Assembly: GCA_030699245.1 (NCBI GenBank)
Contig: JAUYJX010000036.1
Span: forward strand, 752-24,751
Source of the DNA: a bacterium
GTDB taxonomy: Bacteria; Patescibacteriota; Saccharimonadia; CAILAD01; JAUYJX01
DNA length: 24,000 bases
Direction: 5' to 3'
Numbering within the stretch: the stretch's first letter is position 1; each line of letters starts with the position of its first letter. The notes beneath the pieces were generated by a model, which was not told the origin of the DNA, did no database searches, and saw only the letters and a program-made list of their open reading frames with translations. The position numbers were made by a program, and so were the translations under genes. Positions 1 through 7,205 of this stretch are shown in pieces.

Positions 1-15
1 AGTTAAATAGTATAT

Positions 16-771
16 TTAAAAATCAAACAATTTTTTATTGGCTTTTATAGTTTTGTAAGCTTTGTCTAGAAAAATATTAAATTTTTTATTTTTTTTGTAT
101 AGATCAGTAAAATATTCTGGTACAGATTTTCCTTTTATTCTTAATTTTTGGTGCTCGGGATAAAAAACTGCTTTTTGCTTTAATAATTTTTGAATACGCT
201 TATCATTTAAAATGATTGGTGCGATAATTTCGCTTAAATGCCATTCTAGGTAAGGTGAATCAAATTTTTTATGATTTGTCTGAGGATATAATTTTTTCCA
301 TTTTTCAAAATATAAAAAATGACATGATTCGTGCATTATTACTTCCTTAGCGTGAGCTAACTTTTTGTAATTATAAAAAATGGAAAAGCTCCAATCGTTT
401 AAAAACCTGGGGCAGATAGGATTAATGGAAATCATGGCTGTTATTACTTTTTTGTTTTTTGGCCAATCTATTTCTATAATTTCTGACAATTTTTCAAAAC
501 ATTCTCTTTCTATTTTTCGCCACTGTCTTTGATATTTTTCTTTATTTATTTCTATGGTTTTTTGATTATCTTTTCTAAATTCATTGATATATCTTTTTAA
601 AAATTTGATTTGTTCTGCTTCGGTTTTAAGAGAAAATACTTTTTTGATTTTTGGATGTTTTTTAATTATATATTTTCCCCAACCCCAGCTGTCTTGGAAT
701 AAAAAACCATGTATCCAATCTGCTTCTTTGGATAGTGGAATATTTGTAAATTTTATTTTCGGTAGATCCAT
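16..771 (-). CDS. hypothetical protein with HExxH zinc-metallopeptidase-type motif
   Basis: 251-aa ORF. Contains VIMHESCHFLYF (HExxH). Same overall architecture as the divergent ORF 885..1574. A relic of its C-terminus occurs at 4277..4354. Confidence 0.7.
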   Translation of the reverse strand: MDLPKIKFTNIPLSKEADWIHGFLFQDSWGWGKYIIKKHPKIKKVFSLKTEAEQIKFLKRYINEFRKDNQKTIEINKEKYQRQWRKIERECFEKLSEIIEIDWPKNKKVITAMISINPICPRFLNDWSFSIFYNYKKLAHAKEVIMHESCHFLYFEKWKKLYPQTNHKKFDSPYLEWHLSEIIAPIILNDKRIQKLLKQKAVFYPEHQKLRIKGKSVPEYFTDLYKKNKKFNIFLDKAYKTIKANKKLFDF

Positions 772-884
772 AAGTAAATATTGTCACTTTAAGGTATGAA
801 ACACAATTCTCCTAGGACTAATCTTCTTTTGTTATTATACCTTTGTTTGAATATGTTATTATTCAGCTATATAAAGAGCGGTTT

Positions 885-1574
885 ATGGCAAAAAAATATT
901 CATACGAAATAAAACAAGATATATACAGGGATGCATGGAATTGGTGGAATGGGTGTAATAGAATTTCTCATGGTATTAATTGGAAGGAAAGAGTTTCATC
1001 TAAAATAGTTGAAAAAATATCTGGGAAAGACGAGAAAGAAGCTTTTAAGTTTTTGATTCCTTATTTACGGAAGAAGTATATCGATGAAAAAGATATTATT
1101 AAAGACTACAAGAGCTATATTGAAAGTGAATTTAAGCAAAAGTTTGAAAGAAGCTGTGAAAAATTAGTTAGAGTAATGAGCAAACCACTTTATCGTAATG
1201 ATTTTACGATCTATCTGACTACCTTTCCAAGAGGACCATACAATAAGAATGATGGCTCGATGTGGTTTTATATAAATTGGCATGAAGCAATACGCGGTTT
1301 TTTGCATGAGCTTTGCCACTTTCAATTCATTCACTACTGGCGAGAAAATTCATCCTCACCTGTAAGCAAACTTACAGATAAAGAGTTTGAATATTTAAAA
1401 GAATCTTTAACTATAATCCTTGATGAAGATTTCATGCCTCTAATCAAAGCTCCCGATAAAGGATATCCAATTTATCAAGAGTTTAGGAAAAAACTAAGAG
1501 CTTGCTGGAAAGAAAAGAAAGATTTCGAAGAATTGGTGAAATTTGGAGTAGAATCCGTCCCAAAATATTTATGA
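885..1574 (+). CDS. hypothetical protein with HExxH motif, paralog-like to 16..771
   Basis: ORF track opens at a TTG at 843. The first ATG (MAKKYSY) at 885 is preferred because TTGAAT(847-852)-17nt-TATAAA(870-875) lies inside the 843 extension. Motif FLHELCHFQFIHYW. Start is uncertain. Confidence 0.65.
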   Translation: MAKKYSYEIKQDIYRDAWNWWNGCNRISHGINWKERVSSKIVEKISGKDEKEAFKFLIPYLRKKYIDEKDIIKDYKSYIESEFKQKFERSCEKLVRVMSKPLYRNDFTIYLTTFPRGPYNKNDGSMWFYINWHEAIRGFLHELCHFQFIHYWRENSSSPVSKLTDKEFEYLKESLTIILDEDFMPLIKAPDKGYPIYQEFRKKLRACWKEKKDFEELVKFGVESVPKYL

Positions 1575-1919
1575 TAATGCTAACTTATTATGTTTAGCTA
1601 AATTTTTCTTGTGTTCTTTTAATAAGAAATCTTTTATTTCTGACCAATCAGCACAATCTAAGATTCTTGTACAATCCCTGGAAATATGATATTGATTACC
1701 AGATCCCGAAGAGCAATCAAACGGCTGCCAGCGTTGTTCTTTGTTCAACCAAATTTCGTTCCAGGCATGATTATCAGCTCGTGGCTTATCACCGTGTACT
1801 AACCTTACAGCATACCTCATCTGGCGAAGGATCGAGGCTATTAATGTTGCAAGCGCACCACAACTGGAAATAGGAGTATCGATCATCTCTGATGCTTTAG
1901 TGAAACGTGATTCAAGCAA
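1569..1919 (-). CDS. transglutaminase-like cysteine peptidase core (possibly N-terminally truncated or a pseudogene)
   Basis: Cys-His-Asp pattern SSCGALATLIASILRQ...HAWNEIW...WQPFDCS. Only a TTG start at 1919, although the frame stays open to 2105 with no ATG/GTG/TTG. Confidence 0.55.
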   Translation of the reverse strand: MLESRFTKASEMIDTPISSCGALATLIASILRQMRYAVRLVHGDKPRADNHAWNEIWLNKEQRWQPFDCSSGSGNQYHISRDCTRILDCADWSEIKDFLLKEHKKNLAKHNKLALS

Positions 1920-2118
1920 TGTTTTAGCTGCCCTCTTGGGAACTGAAGGATTAACGCTTCTATCTCTTGCTCTACTTTGAATAAAGTCACAAACTAGCCA
2001 TAGGGCCTGGTTTTCACTTGCTTTATTTTTAAAATCTATTTTAAGTTTTTTAGCAACAGTTTTTATTTTGCTGCTCGTATCAGCAAATTCATAAAATTTT
2101 TGTACCTATCTAAATCAC

Positions 2119-3405
2119 TCATCTTAAATACTTATCTAAAACCTTTCTGAATTTTTCTTTTTCTAGATTCTCCCCCATCAAAGTCAAAACCCAATTATTT
2201 TTTGTTATGTACCTTTCCGCAACTCCCACAACATCCTTTTTCTTAATCGCTAAAAATCGTGATATATAATTTGCGGGGCTGTCTAGAGGATAATCCATGG
2301 TAATATCTGTTCCATACCAATCAGCAAAATCAGATGCTAGTTGAAAACCTTTCTCAAATTTACCAGCAGAATATCCCTTAGCTCTTTCTAGCTCTTGGTT
2401 TGTGAAATTACCATTACTTACATCAACCAGCTCCTTTACCATTAACTCAAATAAATCTTTGACTTTGGGTAATGAAGTTTCGTCATCAATACTAAAAAAT
2501 GAGTAATCTCTAGCTAATGAAAAACTTGCTTGTGGACCATAGCTAAGTCCGGCCTTACGTGCTTTTTGGAAAATCCTAGAACTAAACCCTCCTGCATATA
2601 TGTTTCTAAGAATCGATATGGCTGCCCATGAATTAAGATCAAAATGTTCATTTATAAAACTTAAAACAAATCTAGTTTGTTCTTTCGCATGCGATTTGTA
2701 GATATCGAGACTTCTTCTATAATCGCTAAGATCGGGTTTCCTGAATTTATTAAGCTTACCCTGATCCTTCCCTTTAAGTTTCTTTTCTATAGTTTTCTCC
2801 AGCCAATCAATATCTCTAGGGCTTAAATCCCCAGCTATTACAAAAAAGAGGTTTTTAGGTACATGGGTCTTGCTATAGTAATCGAGTATGTCTTTTCTCT
2901 TAATCTTTTTAACAATATTTATTCTTTCTTCCCACGGGATACAAAAAGAAGGCACTATGACTTGATCGTGAAAATAAAAAAGTCTTCTACTATCATTAGC
3001 TAAATTTCTAGATAACTCATTAATAATAGTTTCCTTTTCGTGATTGATGCTTTTTTCTTTAAATAAGGGTTCCGTGAGTTGAATTAGTGCAAGATCTGTA
3101 ATATCCTTTAGTTCTTTTTTTCTAGTTATAAAGTGATAACAAATAAAACTAGCATTGGTATAAGCATTGGTATAAGCACCATTTTTTTCAATTTCAAAAG
3201 CAAATTTTAGAGAATCGGGATAAGTTTTGTTTCCCTCAAACGCCAGATGTTCCATAAGATGGGGTAATTCAAAAATATTAGTTTCAGTAAAACGATAGCC
3301 AGCTCGAGTATAGATTCTAAAATCTATAGTTGCGGCATTTGGTACATTGATAGCTAAAAGTTTGGCACCTGATTTTAGATTTATTTTATGCAATGTATGT
3401 TTCAT
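2119..3405 (-). CDS. M16 family (pitrilysin/insulinase-like) zinc peptidase
   Basis: 428-aa ORF with the inverted zinc motif HxxEH in ELPHLMEHLAFEGN. Length and layout are typical of M16. Confidence 0.85.
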   Translation of the reverse strand: MKHTLHKINLKSGAKLLAINVPNAATIDFRIYTRAGYRFTETNIFELPHLMEHLAFEGNKTYPDSLKFAFEIEKNGAYTNAYTNASFICYHFITRKKELKDITDLALIQLTEPLFKEKSINHEKETIINELSRNLANDSRRLFYFHDQVIVPSFCIPWEERINIVKKIKRKDILDYYSKTHVPKNLFFVIAGDLSPRDIDWLEKTIEKKLKGKDQGKLNKFRKPDLSDYRRSLDIYKSHAKEQTRFVLSFINEHFDLNSWAAISILRNIYAGGFSSRIFQKARKAGLSYGPQASFSLARDYSFFSIDDETSLPKVKDLFELMVKELVDVSNGNFTNQELERAKGYSAGKFEKGFQLASDFADWYGTDITMDYPLDSPANYISRFLAIKKKDVVGVAERYITKNNWVLTLMGENLEKEKFRKVLDKYLR

Positions 3406-3501
3406 TACACTACTCTCTTTTAGTAGCCCTAATTTTACTCTTAGACTAGCCTAAATCAAGACTGTTTTTCAAGATCAATCTGTGCTATAATACAAATAAT
3501 T

Positions 3502-3530
3502 TACAGGTTGGAAAAGCCTGTTTTTTATTT
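3502..3530 (-). terminator. possible bidirectional hairpin terminator after the 3830..4174/3561..3833 pair
   Basis: acagg(3502-3506)/cctgt(3516-3520) stem, flanked by an A-run on one side and a T-run on the other. The stem is weak. Confidence 0.3.
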
Positions 3531-3560
3531 TAGCATTTTAGTTTATTGACTATTAGTAAT

Positions 3561-3833
3561 TTAATAAAAACTCAAGCTGTATTTCTCTGCTTCTTTGAGA
3601 TGACTAATGTCAGGATTGATAAATGAACCAGCAATAAATTCATAAAGCCTGGAGAGTTCATAGATATTTCTCTTACTTTTACTCATGGATAACATATCCA
3701 GAGCTAGCTCAATGTGTTTTCTGGCAAGTTTTGTTTCTTTTTCATTTGTACGATTTATGGCCTTATGTATTTCGCTTGCTATATTGGCCATTTGCAGATT
3801 AAAAGGCATGGTTTGCCAGCGATCTTCATTCAT
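3561..3833 (-). CDS. small helical hypothetical protein
   Basis: 90-aa ORF. Its ATG overlaps the stop of the upstream ORF (ATGA at 3830-3833), suggesting translational coupling. Confidence 0.55.
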   Translation of the reverse strand: MNEDRWQTMPFNLQMANIASEIHKAINRTNEKETKLARKHIELALDMLSMSKSKRNIYELSRLYEFIAGSFINPDISHLKEAEKYSLSFY

Positions 3834-4174
3834 AGCTCAATTAGATCCACAATTATCTTCTCTACCTTCTCGCGAACATTTTTGTCAGCAATTTCCATTG
3901 ATTTATTGCCTAGTTTTGGCTTGATATTAATTAAAGATTCAAAGGCAATTTTTTTTGTTGGTTTTTTCCAGTAAATATTAAACCCCCAGATATCGTTAGA
4001 ACTTGAACCATTCTCTACCAATTTTGCTTCGCTATCGGCATGCAGTTCTCCGCCTAGTGCGATAATGTTTCTTTTTATATCCGCGACGCCTTTGATAAAC
4101 TCATCGAAATGGGTGCAATTTTTAACAGCATCACTGATTTTGGTTTTTTGATTAATTATCTGTATTTTTTCCAT
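3830..4174 (-). CDS. small hypothetical protein, resembles DUF5674-type proteins (from memory, unverified)
   Basis: 114-aa ORF. Contains ALGGELHADSEAKLVENGSSSNDIWGFNIY...LINIKPKLGNKS, a pattern I associate with DUF5674. Confidence 0.6.
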   Translation of the reverse strand: MEKIQIINQKTKISDAVKNCTHFDEFIKGVADIKRNIIALGGELHADSEAKLVENGSSSNDIWGFNIYWKKPTKKIAFESLINIKPKLGNKSMEIADKNVREKVEKIIVDLIEL

Positions 4175-4276
4175 AATAAGTGTATTTATATTATCACATT
4201 AGATAAAAAGCAGTCGCAAGTTACCAACCCGAACCCTGGCAGTAAATTTTCTCACAACGTTAGTTGGAAGGTATAT

Positions 4277-4354
4277 CTAAAAATCAAGTAGCTTTTTATT
4301 GGCTTTTCTATGTTTTTTGTATAAATCTATTAAAGTGCTAAAATAGCTAAGCTT
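4277..4354 (-). pseudogene. C-terminal relic of a paralog of the 16..771 HExxH gene
   Basis: The minus strand reads (stop)KLSYFSTLIDLYKKHRKANKKLLDF(stop). The 16..771 product ends EYFTDLYKKNKK...KTIKANKKLFDF(stop). The fragment is bounded upstream by an in-frame TAA and abuts tRNA-Arg. Confidence 0.6.
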
Positions 4355-4375
4355 TTAAGATATAATAAGGTTTAA

Positions 4376-4452
4376 GCGCCCTTAGCTCAGTGGATTAGAG
4401 CATCTGTCTTCGGAACAGAGGGTCGGGGGTTCGAATCCCTCAGGGCGCGCCA
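4376..4452 (+). tRNA. tRNA-Arg (anticodon TCG)
   Basis: Hand-folded 77-nt cloverleaf. Acceptor gcgccct/agggcgc, anticodon loop cttcgga, T-loop ttcgaat, CCA encoded. Confidence 0.9.
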
Positions 4453-4457
4453 TTTCG

Positions 4458-4534
4458 GGGCCATTAGCTCAGTTGGTTAGAGCGTCTGCCTCTTAAGCAG
4501 AATGTCCCGGGTTCGAGTCCCGGATGGCCCTCCA
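4458..4534 (+). tRNA. tRNA-Lys (anticodon CTT)
   Basis: 77-nt cloverleaf. Acceptor gggccat/atggccc, anticodon loop ctcttaa, T-arm ccggg-ttcgagt-cccgg, CCA encoded. Lies 5 nt after tRNA-Arg. Confidence 0.9.
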
Positions 4535-4566
4535 ATTTCTTATAAAGAATTTACGAATGGTAAAAT

Positions 4567-5136
4567 ATGAAAACTCCTAAATTTAGCAAACCCATCCGAG
4601 CCGTAATAAAGAATTATATAACAGGTGAAAATTATACACTTAATAGTGTAGATGGCTCCTTTCGGTTGACAGATAGAGATTATAGTCAGATCACAAAAAT
4701 TTGTAACGAGCCTGATATCTACAATCTTTTATTTCGTGAAAGATTTAAAGGCAGAAAATATGTTAAGCAAGATGCTCGAATTTGGATGTCTATGGCAAAA
4801 CAGGGCTGGGAAGAAAGCTCGAATTTTATATTTTTGGTGAGAGATAATAACGGTTCTATTGTCGGCGCCATTGATATCAAATCGCCCGATTTATCAGGTG
4901 CGGAAATCGGCTATTGGGCCAGCGCATATGCAAGAGGCTTTATGACAAACACATTAAAAAAATTATGCAAGATCGCTGAAGAAGCTGGGTATTCATCTTT
5001 GTTTGCTTTGATACTTTCCCGCAACTTAAAATCAATTGGCGTTATCAAAAGATCGGGTTTTAAAAACTTAGGTTTAGTAAATGAGAGAGGAAAGGACTTC
5101 TGCAAATACCAGATCTTACTAGGGCACGGGGGCTAA
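4567..5136 (+). CDS. GNAT family N-acetyltransferase (RimJ/RimL-like)
   Basis: 189-aa ORF. Contains IGYWASAYARGFMTNTLKKLCKIAEEAGY...SIGVIKRSGFKNLG, typical of the GNAT acetyl-CoA binding core. Confidence 0.75.
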   Translation: MKTPKFSKPIRAVIKNYITGENYTLNSVDGSFRLTDRDYSQITKICNEPDIYNLLFRERFKGRKYVKQDARIWMSMAKQGWEESSNFIFLVRDNNGSIVGAIDIKSPDLSGAEIGYWASAYARGFMTNTLKKLCKIAEEAGYSSLFALILSRNLKSIGVIKRSGFKNLGLVNERGKDFCKYQILLGHGG

Positions 5137-5195
5137 AAGGTTCCAGACTTAGATGTTCCTCCACTTAGTAAAATTCAATAATATTTAATAATAAA

Positions 5196-5819
5196 ATGAC
5201 ATTTAAAATAAGCAAAAGCAATCATTCTAAATTAGACAAAGTATATGAGAAATCAATGACTGAATTAATTTCTTTTTTCGGATTAAATTGGAAGTACAAT
5301 CGACCAAATTTGATTTTAGTTCCGGATAGAAAAACTATTGATTTATTGTGTGGCGAAAAAACTGAAGATTGGTTAGTTGGTTGGGTAAGAGGAAGAGATG
5401 CATATGTATTAAACCATGAAGCATTTGGAACAGATAGTAGTCACGAATATTCTAACGAACAATATTTTGCTCTTATCAAGCATGAACTTACACACTGTTT
5501 TTCAGGTAATGTTTCGAAATACGCTCATATACCCGTATGGCTAACAGAGGGTATCTCCATATATTTATCAGGTCAAAATAAATTCAAAACAAAACCCAAG
5601 AAACTAACTAGATTTATTGATTTTTATCAAGAAGGCGGAAAAGGGCTTTATAGTGAAGCGGGTTTCGCTGTTGAGCTTTTGGTCAAAAAACACGGAAAGC
5701 AAAAGATATTGAAACTGCTAAAAAGATTAAAAGAAGTTAATTCAAGGAAAGATTTTGCTAATTTATTTAAATCTATCTATGGGTTTGAGTTAAAGTATGA
5801 AAATTTTAAAATAGTATAA
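5196..5819 (+). CDS. putative MA-clan (gluzincin-like) metallopeptidase
   Basis: 207-aa ORF. HExxH in IKHELTHCFSG, followed about 20 aa later by WLTEGISIY, a candidate third-ligand Glu as in Peptidase_MA_2-like proteins. Confidence 0.65.
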   Translation: MTFKISKSNHSKLDKVYEKSMTELISFFGLNWKYNRPNLILVPDRKTIDLLCGEKTEDWLVGWVRGRDAYVLNHEAFGTDSSHEYSNEQYFALIKHELTHCFSGNVSKYAHIPVWLTEGISIYLSGQNKFKTKPKKLTRFIDFYQEGGKGLYSEAGFAVELLVKKHGKQKILKLLKRLKEVNSRKDFANLFKSIYGFELKYENFKIV

Positions 5820-5847
5820 TGAGCACTTATACTTTAATTAATAATAT

Positions 5848-5888
5848 ATGAGACATCTTTTTCTATAATGTCTCATTTGTCTTATTTT
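5848..5888 (+). terminator. rho-independent terminator after 5196..5819
   Basis: Perfect 9-bp stem atgagacat(5848-5856)/atgtctcat(5868-5876), followed by the T-rich tract ttgtcttatttt. Confidence 0.6.
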
Positions 5889-5964
5889 CACCTTAAAACT
5901 AGTATAATATAAGACAGTGGAACACAAAGCCAAAAAGGTTTCAGACCTAATTGTTCTTTCGTAG

Positions 5965-6041
5965 CGGGGTGTGGCGCAGTTGGCTAGCGCGCCGCGTTTG
6001 GGACGCGGAGGCCGGAGGTTCGAGTCCTCTCACCCCGACCA
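5965..6041 (+). tRNA. tRNA-Pro (anticodon TGG)
   Basis: 77-nt cloverleaf. Acceptor cggggtg/caccccg (C1-G72, as in bacterial tRNA-Pro), anticodon loop tttggga, CCA encoded. Confidence 0.9.
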
Positions 6042-6044
6042 ACT

Positions 6045-6075
6045 AAAAAAGACCCCAACGGTGAGGTCTTTTTTG
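6045..6075. terminator. bidirectional terminator between tRNA-Pro(TGG) and the convergent membrane-protein gene
   Basis: aaaaaagacc...ggtctttttt: the A-tract and T-tract flank a gacc/ggtc stem with a 10-nt loop. Confidence 0.55.
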
Positions 6076-6094
6076 ATTTATTTCTGTTTAGCAA

Positions 6095-6472
6095 TTATTT
6101 GTTTACTGGAGCTGAACTGGCTTTACCGAGAGCTCGGTAAACTGCGAAGTAGTAAACCAACGCGCCGATAAAGTGCAGTCCTACTACGAATGAAACAATC
6201 AGCACAACTAACCAAGTAGTCTTTTGGCTATCGTCTTTCCAATTGGTTCTTTTAAATGCATCAATCAGCATAAAAATCCAAAAGATTAAAGTCACCAAAC
6301 CTATGATTGCTGCGATTATCACAAATATCCAGATACCTGCAAAGATTCCTACAGCTGCAGCATCGCTTGCCCCGCTGTCGCTAAATTCTTGAGCTAATGC
6401 CTTGCCAGCCAACATTACTGCTGCACTAGAAGCACCCAAGCCGCGAGCTAATATACTTTTATATTTTCCCAA
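6095..6472 (-). CDS. small membrane protein with PLD-nuclease N-terminal-like (PLDc_N) domain
   Basis: 125-aa ORF with a TTG start 5 nt after AAAGGAGG. Contains FWIFMLIDAFKRTNW...KTTWLVVLIV...GALVYYF, a PLDc_N-like pattern with TM helices. Confidence 0.7.
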   Translation of the reverse strand: MGKYKSILARGLGASSAAVMLAGKALAQEFSDSGASDAAAVGIFAGIWIFVIIAAIIGLVTLIFWIFMLIDAFKRTNWKDDSQKTTWLVVLIVSFVVGLHFIGALVYYFAVYRALGKASSAPVNK

Positions 6473-6614
6473 TTTTTCCTCCTTTAGTTAAAATCCGTTA
6501 TTTCAATAATAATTAAATACCAAAAAGGCCCTCAAGGCAAGTATGGTCTCGTTTTAGTTTGATAACTAAAGTATAATTTCACCTAAGTCTAGAATTGAAA
6601 AATAGCGAATCTGT

Positions 6615-6728
6615 AAACCAATCCAACAAACCAACTAATAGCAAATTTTATAAATTCGAGGGGAATAATAATTTATTTTTCTAAACCAATTCAACAAACC
6701 AAGAAATTTATAACTGTTTGTTGAATTG
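6615..6728 (+). repeat. imperfect ~68-bp tandem duplication; second unit forms a perfect 13-bp hairpin
   Basis: aaaccaatccaacaaaccaa (6615-6634) versus aaaccaattcaacaaaccaa (6683-6702), 19/20 identical. caattcaacaaac (6687-6699) pairs with gtttgttgaattg (6716-6728). Confidence 0.7.
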
Positions 6729-6805
6729 AGAGGAAAAATAATGTGAAAATATCAACTGTAAATGAGTACAATTACAGTATCTATTGAATCATTATTTTGA
6801 CGAGA

Positions 6806-6881
6806 CAGGGTGTAGCTCAGTTGGGAGAGCGCAGCGTTCGGGACGCTGAGGTCGCAGGTTCAAGTCCTGTCACCCTGACCA
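6806..6881 (+). tRNA. tRNA-Pro (anticodon CGG)
   Basis: 76-nt cloverleaf. Acceptor cagggtg/caccctg (C1-G72), anticodon loop ttcggga, T-loop ttcaagt, CCA encoded. Confidence 0.9.
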
Positions 6882-6980
6882 TCCTTCGTTAAAACTACGG
6901 AATGGTAAACCATTAAACTTCACACCTTGTGTTTCGCTTAATTAGTAATATTTTGAAGTTTAATGGGAGGGAAAAAGTTA

Positions 6981-7164
6981 CTCCATAGCCCTGTCTGCTC
7001 TTCGAGCCTGTCTGCCGACAGGCAGGTCTGAGCCCTGAGGCACCGCCCTCAGAGTCGAATGACCGACAGGCAGGTTCATGCGAAGGGTAACCCTGACCAC
7101 CCTTCTCCACTAACTGGCTACGGATGGCAGGCCATAGACTCTTGCCCGGAAGTAAGCTATGAGG
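6981..7164 (+). ncRNA. GC-rich structured element of unknown class downstream of tRNA-Pro(CGG) (candidate ncRNA, leader or integration scar)
   Basis: Closing helix ctccatagc(6981-6989)/gctatgagg(7156-7164). Hairpins at 7006-7023, 7035-7052 and 7082-7105. Internal repeats are detailed in the findings entry for 6872..7164. Strand is inferred from colinearity with the tRNA. Confidence 0.45.
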
Positions 7165-7205
7165 ATAAACCAAACAAAATTAATTAAAATTTTCCAAGTT
7201 TTCAA

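Noticed and set aside
584-799. Other short shadow ORFs (584..799, 1667..1873, 3685..3974, 4109..4291, 4911..5105, 12178..12435, 12598..12859, 13268..13504, 13852..14070, 15732..15974, 15991..16176, 17290..17481, 20090..20338, 20725..20919, 21364..21582, 23257..23740)
   Set aside because: Each lies inside, and antisense or out of frame to, a longer ORF with clear family signatures. None has independent support.
5971-6171. Small ORFs overlapping tRNA genes (5971..6171, 8943..9149, 9005..9199)
   Set aside because: They are explained by well-folded tRNA genes, and they lack ribosome-binding sites.
4554-6912. Shared 10-mer gaatggtaaa downstream of tRNA-Lys(CTT) (4554-4563) and tRNA-Pro(CGG) (6900-6909)
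   Set aside because: AT-rich 10-mers recur by chance hundreds of times in a window this size. The surrounding similarity is weak, so it is not counted as part of the element family.
6981-7164. Assignment of the GC-rich element to a known RNA class (SRP RNA, 6S RNA, RNase P, tmRNA, cobalamin riboswitch, T-box)
   Set aside because: GCCCGGAAGUAAGC only superficially resembles the SRP GGAA-tetraloop motif and cannot be folded into helix 8. AGACCUGCC (B12-box-like) occurs only on the minus strand, where there is no downstream gene. There are no RNase P (GGAAAGUCC) or tmRNA signatures. A T-box would carry the complement of the tRNA 3' end, whereas this element carries a same-sense copy. It is left unclassified pending cmscan.
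6913-7173. 86-aa minus-strand ORF and a 42-aa plus-strand ORF (7059..7187) inside the GC-rich element
   Set aside because: Neither has an SD. The peptides are low-complexity (PACRSFDSEGGASGLRPACRQTG). The ORFs exist because the segment is GC-rich and repeat/hairpin-rich, so an RNA or DNA-level element is the better explanation.
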